A stretch of DNA of 27,926 nt from a virus (taxonomy: Duplodnaviria; Caudoviricetes). The DNA lies in the IMG/VR virus record IMGVR_UViG_3300015370_001127, positions 1-27,926 of that record; one strand, written 5' to 3'. How positions within the stretch are numbered: position 1 is the first letter of the stretch; every line of letters begins with the position of its first letter. Below the pieces are notes generated by a model. That model was given only the letters and a program-made list of their open reading frames with translations, did no database searches and had not been told where the DNA came from. The position numbers were made by a program, and so were the translations under genes. This document shows positions 7,853 to 16,190 of this stretch, piece by piece.

Positions 7853-7905
7853 TTACCAGAATCTGGTAACGACTATTTGAAACGGAGAATTATTTTAAGT
7901 AATAT
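7853..7905 (+). promoter_or_regulatory. Candidate late promoter with upstream palindromic operator
   Basis: Perfect inverted repeat TTACCAGA-A-TCTGGTAA (7853-7869), then TTGAAA (7877-7882), 17 bp, TAATAT (7900-7905). Confidence 0.55.
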
Positions 7906-7911
7906 AGGACT

Positions 7912-8011
7912 ATAGATTGTTGCGCCGGGCCTGATCAGCTCTTAAGCGCGCCCAATAGCAAGAAGAAGCCCGTTTCTCGTGCACGAGCGAGATGCGGGCT
8001 TTTTTATTGGG
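7912..8011 (+). ncRNA. Candidate structured leader RNA/attenuator upstream of head genes
   Basis: Hairpin 1 GCGC-C-GGGC[CUGAUCA]GCUC-UUAA-GCGC and hairpin 2 with a GUGCAC-containing loop. Alternative pairing CCCAAUA (7951-7957) with UAUUGGG (8005-8011). Confidence 0.4.
7966..8005 (+). terminator. Intrinsic terminator
   Basis: AAGCCCGTTTCTCG..CGAGATGCGGGCTT stem followed by a T-run. Confidence 0.7.
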
Positions 8012-8029
8012 ATATAAAAGGAGATCGTT

Positions 8030-8245
8030 GTGAGCGCGCCTTCAAAACAAGAGATGCTTGATAATGTCGAAAACGCTATTAACGCAAGGATGACAGGCGG
8101 TGCTGTGCAGTCTTACTCTATTGGCGGAAAAAACCTCCAGTATATGTTACTTTCGGAGCTTCGCGCGTGGCGTAAACAATTAAAATGCGAGATTGCAGAA
8201 AGCGGCGGAACCACGACATACGCAAAGTTCGATAATCCATCATGA
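8030..8245 (+). CDS. Head-tail joining protein, gpW-like
   Basis: 71 aa, AINARMTGGAVQSYSIGGKNLQYMLLSELR, directly before a lambda-type portal. AAGGAG RBS. Confidence 0.75.
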   Translation: MSAPSKQEMLDNVENAINARMTGGAVQSYSIGGKNLQYMLLSELRAWRKQLKCEIAESGGTTTYAKFDNPS

Positions 8246-9987
8246 AGACTAAAAAGAAAATATCAGAAAAGTTATCAACCGGAATAGACAATGTCATTTC
8301 TTTCTTTTCCCCCAAGGCCGGGTTCACGCGAAGGATGTACCGGGAGGCAATCAATATCTCGCATAAGTTCGGCGCTTACAAAGGAGCGAGCAGGGATCGC
8401 CTGCGTTCCTCATGGCTTCCCGGAGGGGGTTCGGCAGATCAGGATTTGCTTCCTGAGTTATCCGATATCCGGGAGCGCAGTCGTGACTTAAATAGAAATG
8501 ACGCCCATGCCTCAGGGATTACCTCTACCATGACTACGAATGTCATCGGGACCGGCATCAGGCCTCAGTGCAGGATGGATAAAGATTCCCTCGGCATAAG
8601 CGAGAAGTCGGCAAATAACTTTCAGAAAAAAACCGAGAGGATATGGAAGCGTTGGCTGCCATATGCTGATGCGGGAGAACGCATGGACTTCTACGAAATT
8701 CAACAGCTGGTGGATAGGCAGATCCTTGAAAACGGCGAGGCGATAATTGTTCCATTGATGTTGAAAGACAAAGGCAGGCCGTATTCATTGGCCCTGCAGT
8801 TGATAGAATCCGACAGACTTAATACTCCATCCGATAAAAGAAGCGATAAATCAATCAGGTCCGGTGTCCGGATTGGCGAAAAGGGTGAGCCGATTTCTTA
8901 TTTCATTCATAAGACACATCCCGGAGATATCAGCCACAGGACTAGAGAAGAAGCAAGGCAATACATGGAAATCCAGGCCAAAGGCGAATATGGCAGAAAG
9001 AATATTTTTCATTTGTATTATGTTTTACGGGCTGGCCAAACAAGAGGGGTTCCCTTCTTTGCTCCCGTATTGACTTATTTCAAAGATTTAGCCGAGTATG
9101 CCGAGGCAGAACTTGTTGCCGCGCGTATCGCGGCATGCTTTTCGCTTTTCATAACTTCCGAGTCATCGATGGATGTGGCAGTTAATTCTGCCTATGAGAA
9201 GAATGCTTCAGGGCAGACGGTAGAGTCGTTAGAGCCGGGGATGATTAAACACCTGATGCCGGGGGAATCCATTACCTCATTCAATCCGCAGAGGCCAAGC
9301 GCGACATTCGAACCGTTTGTCGATAGGATTTTAAAGGCAATATCCGCGGCATTGGGCCTTCCTTACGAGTTGGTCGCAAAAGACTTTTCAAAGACAAATT
9401 ATTCAAGCGCAAGAGCCGCGCTTCTTGAGGCCAGAAGATATTTTAAGGTTAGGCAGGAATGGTTAGCTCAAAAACTCTGTCAGCCTGTATGGGAGATGCT
9501 TTTGGAAGAGGCTTATTTAAAGGATGAGCTGAAAGTTAATAATTTCTATGGAAATCGGCTCGATTGGGTTAGGGCGAGATGGATAGCACCCGGCTGGTCC
9601 TGGGTGGATCCGCTTAAAGAGGTTAAGGCATCCAAGGAGGCTATCGCAGGGAACATTTCAAGTCTGGCCGACGAAGCAGCCGGGCAAGGCAAGGATTGGG
9701 AAGAGATTTTAGAGCAGAGAGCAAGAGAAGAGCAAAAAAGAAAAGAGCTTGATCTTCCGGAGACGACAACCAAATCAAAAACTCCCGCAGAAGAGGAAGA
9801 AGAAAAGAAAGAGGAAATGAGGCAAGAGGAAGATGTTAGGGAAATATTGAAAGACGCCGAAGAAGTTACGAGGAAGAACGAGAAACTGAGCGGCGAGCTT
9901 GTGAAGATGGGAAATGACAACGGCATCTTAAAAAAGGAATTGGCTAATATAAAAACCAAGCTGGAGAAGGTTTTAATCGATGGATAA
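8242..9987 (+). CDS. Portal protein, lambda family, with charged C-terminal extension
   Basis: RERSRDLNRND, LQLIESDRL, GQTRGVP, ELVAARIAACF, DFSKTNYSSARAALLE, WVDPLKE. Confidence 0.95.
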   Translation: MKTKKKISEKLSTGIDNVISFFSPKAGFTRRMYREAINISHKFGAYKGASRDRLRSSWLPGGGSADQDLLPELSDIRERSRDLNRNDAHASGITSTMTTNVIGTGIRPQCRMDKDSLGISEKSANNFQKKTERIWKRWLPYADAGERMDFYEIQQLVDRQILENGEAIIVPLMLKDKGRPYSLALQLIESDRLNTPSDKRSDKSIRSGVRIGEKGEPISYFIHKTHPGDISHRTREEARQYMEIQAKGEYGRKNIFHLYYVLRAGQTRGVPFFAPVLTYFKDLAEYAEAELVAARIAACFSLFITSESSMDVAVNSAYEKNASGQTVESLEPGMIKHLMPGESITSFNPQRPSATFEPFVDRILKAISAALGLPYELVAKDFSKTNYSSARAALLEARRYFKVRQEWLAQKLCQPVWEMLLEEAYLKDELKVNNFYGNRLDWVRARWIAPGWSWVDPLKEVKASKEAIAGNISSLADEAAGQGKDWEEILEQRAREEQKRKELDLPETTTKSKTPAEEEEEKKEEMRQEEDVREILKDAEEVTRKNEKLSGELVKMGNDNGILKKELANIKTKLEKVLIDG

Positions 9988-10816
9988 AAAACAAGCCCTT
10001 TTAGAAAGAAACAAAATCAGCCGGTTATTGGGTACGGAAACCGTGGACGATAATCTGGAGAGGAATATTTTTCTGCTTCAGTCTTTGGATAGACAGAAAG
10101 ATATCGTCAGTATCATCAGCAAGGTTTATGTGTTGATAAAAGAAGGACAGCCAGACTCCAAGGCATTTAAAGATATCAAGAATGAGATACGCGGATTGGC
10201 AGAAACATTGGACAAATACCAGCAAGCATTTAGCAAAGAGTTTAAGGTCTTTGTCAGCAATTTCCCGCCCCCTGCCGGAGAGGTGAGAATATCTAATGCA
10301 GAAGATTTCAAGCAGGAACACCCCAAGGAGATAAGAGTTTCTAATCTAAAAGAGATAAAACCCGAGAAACACCCCGATGAGATAAGCATTAAGAAGCCTG
10401 TTTGGTATAAAGAGTTCGATTTTAAGAAATTGTTCAAATTCGCTAAAGATTCGAACGAGAGTATTTTTAGCCAGGTCAAGACAACTATTTTTAAAAGTTT
10501 CATTAGGAATTTAAAACCTAAAGAAGCGATACCTGTCAGGCTGGTAACGGAAGACGGCGAGAAATTTTATCGGGCCGGTAATGTTTACGTCGGGGGCGGA
10601 AGCGATGGCGCTGTTTTAACCGAGTTGAGAAAGTTAATCGGTTTCGAGATTCCGGCTTACGATTATATCGCTTTGACTTATGTATCTTCGGGCGACGGCC
10701 AGGGTGAAATCGAAACCGTGACTTATAAAACCGGCGGAGCTGGCGGTATCACGGTTGCAGTCTTGACTTTGACTTATAATTCGGATGATGAAATCGCAAC
10801 AATAGCAAGGGCTTGA
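9980..10816 (+). CDS. Hypothetical virion-associated protein (helical N-terminus, short V/I-R-V/I-SN repeats, beta-rich C-terminal domain)
   Basis: 278-aa ORF overlapping the portal stop. Ends GFEIPAYDYIALTY..VTYKTGGAGGITVAVLTLTY. Confidence 0.8.
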   Translation: MDKKQALLERNKISRLLGTETVDDNLERNIFLLQSLDRQKDIVSIISKVYVLIKEGQPDSKAFKDIKNEIRGLAETLDKYQQAFSKEFKVFVSNFPPPAGEVRISNAEDFKQEHPKEIRVSNLKEIKPEKHPDEISIKKPVWYKEFDFKKLFKFAKDSNESIFSQVKTTIFKSFIRNLKPKEAIPVRLVTEDGEKFYRAGNVYVGGGSDGAVLTELRKLIGFEIPAYDYIALTYVSSGDGQGEIETVTYKTGGAGGITVAVLTLTYNSDDEIATIARA

Positions 10817-10817
10817 T

Positions 10818-11408
10818 ATGTCGATGAAATTCAATCCAACTACGGCAAAACTGGATATTGTGCGGGCAAAAGCAAAACCTGCAGGAGCTTTAATCTTTGA
10901 CATTGATTTTAATAACAGCGCTCAAGAAGATATCGTGATCCCGCTTGACTGCGTGAAGGAAATACTAAGAGCCAGATTATATATCGATGAAGACCCGGGA
11001 GCGCCGTTTAAAGCCTGGGCGACATACACCTTTTACAATAAGACCGCCAAGAAAGGCCAAGACGCATTCTACAGAACGGCCGCTAAGCTGGTTTATACCG
11101 AATTGGAAGCGGCTACAACCGGAGCGGATGCGAACATCACGCCGGACGATCACACTGATTTTAGCCCTAATGATTTAGCTTTGATTTTAGACGGCTTGGA
11201 ATTTATCAGGTTACAAACAATAGCCGACACAATGATTGCCGAGGATACTATTGGGTCTCACCCGATTGACGCAGGTCTGGTGAGAGTATCGGAGTTCAGC
11301 GGCTTCTCGTTATTTAATAATGAAGCCGGAAAAGAAGTTTATCTGCGGATTAGTTTTGCCAATCCGCAGACAGTCAGCTTGAAGCTGGAGTTAATTTTAA
11401 GGAAGTAA
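10818..11408 (+). CDS. Hypothetical protein (196 aa)
   Basis: Abuts both neighbours with 1-bp gaps. Begins MSMKFNPTTAKLD. No family recognised. Confidence 0.8.
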   Translation: MSMKFNPTTAKLDIVRAKAKPAGALIFDIDFNNSAQEDIVIPLDCVKEILRARLYIDEDPGAPFKAWATYTFYNKTAKKGQDAFYRTAAKLVYTELEAATTGADANITPDDHTDFSPNDLALILDGLEFIRLQTIADTMIAEDTIGSHPIDAGLVRVSEFSGFSLFNNEAGKEVYLRISFANPQTVSLKLELILRK

Positions 11409-11409
11409 T

Positions 11410-12504
11410 ATGAATAAATACTGGGTAGGCACAAACCAATACTGGCACGATGATAATAATTGGGCCCTAACAAGCGGCGGTGCTGGCGGCGCAGGTATTC
11501 CAACCGCAATCGATGATGTCTTTTTTGATGCTAACGGCGATAACCTTATATGGTTTACTCCGGCTTTTGAATGCAGGAACTTGACCTTTGAATTATCGGC
11601 ATCGAGTAAATTTTTTCTCTTTGAACAAGGCGGAATAATTCATGGTGATTTTTTACAAGAGGCAGGTTATTTCGGGGGAACCGGCGGCGGAGGCTATGTA
11701 TTGGAATTTAAGGGCAACTGGCAAAGCACGGGAGGCACGTTTGCAATCGGTACCGGGACAGGCATAGACCTAATCTGTTTGTTTTCCGGGATAGATAAAA
11801 CATATCAGTTAAATCAAACGGGAGCGGCGTCATACCAAAATTTTAGCGTGACCGGAAGCTATACATTTTCAGGGACGAGGCTGGTTGTTGCCAATATATA
11901 CCAGAAAATCAGCGTCACCGGGACAATGAATATTGCTTTTGGGAAGAGGATCGATTTAGACGGGAACGACGCGGGATTCGATGTATTTACCGGAACAATA
12001 AACGGCGATGGAAGATTCAGATGTGGTTATAGGAATACCAGCGTTATGCCTGTCACAGGAACTATTTCAATCAAGTATTGGCTGTTCAGCTTACAAGGCG
12101 CTCTGGCAGTATTGAATCCGAGAACTTACGAATCTAATTGCGAGGTTGAGATTGAATACAATAGCAACGGTCAGATCTTTAGATTAGGCGGAAGCGCAAG
12201 ACATTATTTTTTAGGGGAATTAACTATTTTGTGCGATGAGGCTTCGGTTAATACTGCCGAATTCGATTGTGCCAGCAACAATGCGGAAATGTGGATTGGC
12301 GGGAAATTCGATATTTACAAGGATGCTTTTCCCAACGCAACTTTTACGATCAAGTTTGGAAACGGGATACATGTTTTTAAGGGGACAGTGGATTTTTATT
12401 TTTCTTATACTTCTATATCTACTCATTTAGTTGTAGATGCCGGGAAGGGAACGATTATTCTTTATCCTACAGGCCGTCAACTTATACCGTTGCCGGTACC
12501 ATAG
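11410..12504 (+). CDS. Gly/Thr/aromatic-rich predicted beta-helix (adhesin/fibre-like) protein
   Basis: N-terminus YWVG..WHDDNNWALTSGGAGGAGIPTAIDDVFFD resembles the capping motif of beta-helical surface proteins. No signal peptide. Confidence 0.75.
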   Translation: MNKYWVGTNQYWHDDNNWALTSGGAGGAGIPTAIDDVFFDANGDNLIWFTPAFECRNLTFELSASSKFFLFEQGGIIHGDFLQEAGYFGGTGGGGYVLEFKGNWQSTGGTFAIGTGTGIDLICLFSGIDKTYQLNQTGAASYQNFSVTGSYTFSGTRLVVANIYQKISVTGTMNIAFGKRIDLDGNDAGFDVFTGTINGDGRFRCGYRNTSVMPVTGTISIKYWLFSLQGALAVLNPRTYESNCEVEIEYNSNGQIFRLGGSARHYFLGELTILCDEASVNTAEFDCASNNAEMWIGGKFDIYKDAFPNATFTIKFGNGIHVFKGTVDFYFSYTSISTHLVVDAGKGTIILYPTGRQLIPLPVP

Positions 12505-12514
12505 AGGATTTGTT

Positions 12515-13069
12515 ATGCCGATTGAACCTATAATTTTAACAAATATTCAATATCGTTTGAGTAGAGTTCATTCTGCCGGGGTTGAGCTTCAAACGTATAA
12601 CAGAATAATTTTATTTAACGAAAATTTTACATCACCTTCGCCTTATTTTGTTGAAGGATTTAATGCTTTTGAATTTATCGTAGAAAGCTATCGGGCAACC
12701 TGGAGTTTTAGAAAACAAACTCTTACTCCGCAGATGATTTATGATTTCGATAGATTTAAAGTTATCGGCAGTGAAATGTATTTACCGACTATCCGTTCCC
12801 GGTTGAGTTTAACCCCTGCTCCATTTGGGTTAAAGGTAAATGACGAGCATGATGTGTTTAGTTGTAAGCTTCAAGACGTTGATGCTTCCTGGGGAGAGCA
12901 AATCGATGCTTACAATTCGACTCCTTTATCAAGCATAGCCAATATTGACTTTTACGATCGGGATGTCAGAAGCGTGAACAGGCAAAGAAACATTTTAGGC
13001 GAGCGGGCAAAGATATCGCCGACACCAGCGCCCGAACCTTTAACGGAAATGTTATTGGAAAAATTATAA
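12515..13069 (+). CDS. Hypothetical protein, resembles the C-terminal half of a beta-helical domain
   Basis: ORF track 12437..13069. AGAGG RBS favours the ATG at 12515. Contains LQDVDASWGEQIDAYNS..NIDF. Confidence 0.7.
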   Translation: MPIEPIILTNIQYRLSRVHSAGVELQTYNRIILFNENFTSPSPYFVEGFNAFEFIVESYRATWSFRKQTLTPQMIYDFDRFKVIGSEMYLPTIRSRLSLTPAPFGLKVNDEHDVFSCKLQDVDASWGEQIDAYNSTPLSSIANIDFYDRDVRSVNRQRNILGERAKISPTPAPEPLTEMLLEKL

Positions 13070-13086
13070 GAAAGGGAGGAACAAAT

Positions 13087-14118
13087 ATGCCATATAAAAC
13101 CGAAAAGATACCGAAAGCGGCTTTGAAGTTTAGGGAAGAAGATGTGCCTGTTGAAATTTTGGCATCGCAGGAAGGAGAAAAAACGAAGAAGCGCAAATTC
13201 AGCATGATCGCCAATAGCGGCAGGGTCATGCTTAACCACTGGCTCTGGGGAAATCTGGCAATAGATTTATCCGGGGTTTCAATCGGCCGGAAGAAAAAGC
13301 CAGCGTTAAGAGAACACAATTCCAATCGCATCATTGGCTGGACAGAAGGCATTAACATAGATGAAAAAAGAGGTATTGTTGCTGAGGGTATCTTCTCGGA
13401 AAAGACAGAAGACGGCATACAGGCTCTGGAACTCGCTGACGAAGGTTTTCCCTGGCAAGCTTCTATTTATATCCCCCCTCTTGCAATCGAGAGAGTAAAG
13501 GATGGGGAAACAGCCGAAGTTAACGGTAGGAAGATTAAGGGGCCTGGAACAATATTCAGAAAATCGATATTGAGAGAGGTCTCTTTTTGTGCTTTGGGAG
13601 CTGATGAGAATACCTCAGCAAGCGCTCTTAAAGATAAGGGCGATAACATAGATTTGGATGTCGAGATCATAGAAAACAAAAAGAAGGAGGTGGATAACAT
13701 GGAGCTTACTGATTTAACACTGGAGATGTTAAAGACTGAGAGGTCTGATTTAGCCGAAGTCCTTTTGAAAGAGGGCAAGGAGTCCGGAGCTAAAGCGAAT
13801 CTGGATGCAGGGGTAAAGCAGGAAAGAGAAAGAGCCCTTGCTATTTTAAAAGAGGCTAAAGGCTTTGAAGGAATGGGAGACATTACCAACGAGGCGATAG
13901 AAAAAGGCGACAGCGTTGAGGTTGCCCTCGGCAAGTTCAAGGACAAGAGGCTTGCAGAGCTGGAGAAAAATGCGCCTTCCAACCTTGGGCCTAACGCGGA
14001 CGATCCTGAAAAAGGCACTAAGAGCCATCTTGACCGGGCAAAGGCGTATCAGGCAGAGCATGGCGGAAGCATGACCGAAGCCTTGAAGGCGACGGCAGAG
14101 AAAACAGTTAAGAAATAA
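13087..14118 (+). CDS. Prohead maturation protease/scaffold
   Basis: FSMIANSG..AIDLSG..PALREH..IIG..GFPWQASI..LREVSFCALGADENTSA (herpes/HK97-fold protease pattern), then a charged helical scaffold tail with GVKQERER. Confidence 0.85.
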   Translation: MPYKTEKIPKAALKFREEDVPVEILASQEGEKTKKRKFSMIANSGRVMLNHWLWGNLAIDLSGVSIGRKKKPALREHNSNRIIGWTEGINIDEKRGIVAEGIFSEKTEDGIQALELADEGFPWQASIYIPPLAIERVKDGETAEVNGRKIKGPGTIFRKSILREVSFCALGADENTSASALKDKGDNIDLDVEIIENKKKEVDNMELTDLTLEMLKTERSDLAEVLLKEGKESGAKANLDAGVKQERERALAILKEAKGFEGMGDITNEAIEKGDSVEVALGKFKDKRLAELEKNAPSNLGPNADDPEKGTKSHLDRAKAYQAEHGGSMTEALKATAEKTVKK

Positions 14119-14146
14119 TTCGTGGTGAGCGCAGTCGAACCACGAA
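14119..14146 (+). repeat. REP-like hairpin (GTGAGC-n-GTCGAAC family), copy 1
   Basis: TTCGTGGT-GAGCGCAGTCGA-ACCACGAA directly after the stop codon. Confidence 0.6.
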
Positions 14147-14174
14147 AGTTACTTTTAAAAGAGGAGGGATAAAA

Positions 14175-14543
14175 ATGTCACAGCAAACAGAAAATGGTTT
14201 AAAGACTTTTACCGCCGGAGAAGTATTAGAGGCTTATCGCCGGGTAAAGTTAAGCGCTGGAAGCGGCAGTCAGGTCGAGTATGCTGATTCGGATGAGGCT
14301 TGCATCGGCATTACCCAGAAGAAAGCCGAAGCCATTGGAGATATGGTAACCGTTGCACTGGTTACTACCGGCAGGACTTTCAAGGTTACAGTCAATGAGG
14401 CAATGGCGGCCGGGGCTCCTATTTATGCCGGGGCCGACGGTAAGGTTCAGGATACGGATCCGGGTGCAGGAACGATCAGGGGAACTGCGCTTGAGGCCAC
14501 GACAGCAGACGGGGACATCATAGAAGCGATTATGGGCTCTTAA
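14175..14543 (+). CDS. Capsid decoration/cement protein (DUF2190-like)
   Basis: TFTAGEVLEAYRRVKL..IGIT..AGAPIYAGADGKV..GTALEATTADGDIIE, between protease and capsid genes. Confidence 0.8.
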   Translation: MSQQTENGLKTFTAGEVLEAYRRVKLSAGSGSQVEYADSDEACIGITQKKAEAIGDMVTVALVTTGRTFKVTVNEAMAAGAPIYAGADGKVQDTDPGAGTIRGTALEATTADGDIIEAIMGS

Positions 14544-14601
14544 GAACGGGATGTTAAAAGAGAGTTTTAAAATTGTGTTTTGAAAAAAAGGAGGAACTAA
14601 A

Positions 14602-15564
14602 ATGGGCGTAGAATATTCAGGAACTCATGCAAAACCGCGCCTTGAGTTAGGCGTGGCGGTTATGGAGTATGTGGAGCAGGCCAAGGAGTTTATTGCGACA
14701 GCTTGTTTGCCTATCTTCAAGACAAAAAAGAAAGAGTCTTCGTTCTCGGCTATCACCAGGGAAGGCATAACCAGGGATGCTGATACCAAGCGCGCGCCTC
14801 GTAGTGCTTATAACCGGGATGGATTCGAGGCAAAGGATCTTTCTTATAAGTGCGAGGAGCACGGTCTTGAAGGGGCTTTGGACGACGGCGAGAGAGAAAT
14901 GTATGCGTCGGATTTCGACGCCGAGCTGGTTACGTCTCAGATCACTGCCCGCAGGTTGATGCAGGCGCAGGAGAAAAGGGTTGCGGATGCTCTTTTCAAT
15001 GCGTCGGTTTGGACAGGGGCGGATCTGTTTACGGATCATTCCGCTAATCCCTGGGACAATATTGCATCCGATGTCGTTGGCCAGGTTCGTGCGGCAAGAG
15101 AAAAAGTCAGGGCAAATTGCGGGATCGAACCCAATGCTTTGATTTGCAGTAAGATAAACATCGACAACTTGTTAGACAACACCGGCATCAAGGATTCGAT
15201 TAAGTACGTCGCTCGTTTGACCGAGGCGGAGATTCTCAACGCTTTGGCTGACATCCTGGGATTAAAGAAAATAATTGTCGGGAAAGCAATCCGTAACAGT
15301 GCCAAAGAAGGACAGTCTTTTGTAAGCGCCAACATCTGGAATGATGATTATGCCATGGTTGGCGTAATTGCCGAAGACGGCCAGAACTTGGTATTGCCAA
15401 GCGTGGGAAGGACCTTCTTGTGGATAGCCGACAGCCCGGATAATGCCACGGTTGAGTCTTATCGGGATGAGGTTCATCGCAGTGATATCTTCAGGGTAAG
15501 ACAGAATGTTGATGAGAAAATCATCGATGCTTATTTCGCTCACTTAATGCAGGTGGACGCATAG
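14602..15564 (+). CDS. Major capsid protein (lambda gpE-like, HK97 fold)
   Basis: 320 aa; FIATACLP, SYKCEEHGLE, EKRVADALFN, PNALI, PSVGRTF. Strong AGGAGG RBS and expected position. Confidence 0.88.
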   Translation: MGVEYSGTHAKPRLELGVAVMEYVEQAKEFIATACLPIFKTKKKESSFSAITREGITRDADTKRAPRSAYNRDGFEAKDLSYKCEEHGLEGALDDGEREMYASDFDAELVTSQITARRLMQAQEKRVADALFNASVWTGADLFTDHSANPWDNIASDVVGQVRAAREKVRANCGIEPNALICSKINIDNLLDNTGIKDSIKYVARLTEAEILNALADILGLKKIIVGKAIRNSAKEGQSFVSANIWNDDYAMVGVIAEDGQNLVLPSVGRTFLWIADSPDNATVESYRDEVHRSDIFRVRQNVDEKIIDAYFAHLMQVDA

Positions 15565-15609
15565 TCGATTTTCAACTTTTAATTTTTCATTAAAAGGGAG
15601 GAGTCGATT

Positions 15610-15807
15610 ATGGAGCAAAGATCTTTTCGCATAATTTTGGCTGAGCAGAAAAACATCGGCGGTATAGTCAGAAATCCCGGGTACGTTCTCTTGGAGGGAG
15701 TGTGCCCGCAGATGTTGACGGCTGATGAGATAGGAGAATCTATTCGGCTCGGTCAGGTCAATGTTGAGGTTATAAAATCTAAGAACCATAGTGAGGAGGC
15801 TCCTTGA
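15610..15807 (+). CDS. Small hypothetical protein (65 aa)
   Basis: GGAGGAG RBS; occupies the position after the capsid gene (lambda FI position). Confidence 0.7.
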   Translation: MEQRSFRIILAEQKNIGGIVRNPGYVLLEGVCPQMLTADEIGESIRLGQVNVEVIKSKNHSEEAP

Positions 15808-15829
15808 GTAAGGGGCCTCTTTACTTTTT
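15790..15829 (+). terminator. Probable intrinsic terminator after head genes
   Basis: GGAGGCTCCTT-GAGT-AAGGGGCCTCT stem followed by TTACTTTTT. Confidence 0.6.
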
Positions 15830-15842
15830 AAAGGAATAAGTT

Positions 15843-16187
15843 ATGAGCCTTAAAGACCGGTTTTCTCTTGATGTGATTAATTGTTTTTTAAACACTGCTG
15901 AATTCGCAGAGGCGATTACATACACCCCTGAGGGAGAGGTAGGTAAAGAGATTAATGCAATTGTGGTTCGCGGCAGGCTCGAGCCGGGGAGTGAAGACCA
16001 AGGCAGAGGTTTGCAAAATCAGGTGGAGATCTATATTGCCAATGACACTACAGAGGGCGTTACATTTGTGGATAAAAAAGATGATCGCATAACCTTAAAC
16101 GACGTTGAAGGAACGAGCCGTGAGGCGCGTATCATCGAGGTTTTGCATAAAGACGAAGGGGCATGGCATTTACTCGTGGGATGGTGA
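15843..16187 (+). CDS. Head-tail joining/closure protein (gpFII-like)
   Basis: FLNTAEFAEAITYTP..INAIVVR..DRITL; size and position fit. Confidence 0.7.
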   Translation: MSLKDRFSLDVINCFLNTAEFAEAITYTPEGEVGKEINAIVVRGRLEPGSEDQGRGLQNQVEIYIANDTTEGVTFVDKKDDRITLNDVEGTSREARIIEVLHKDEGAWHLLVGW

Positions 16188-16190
16188 TGT

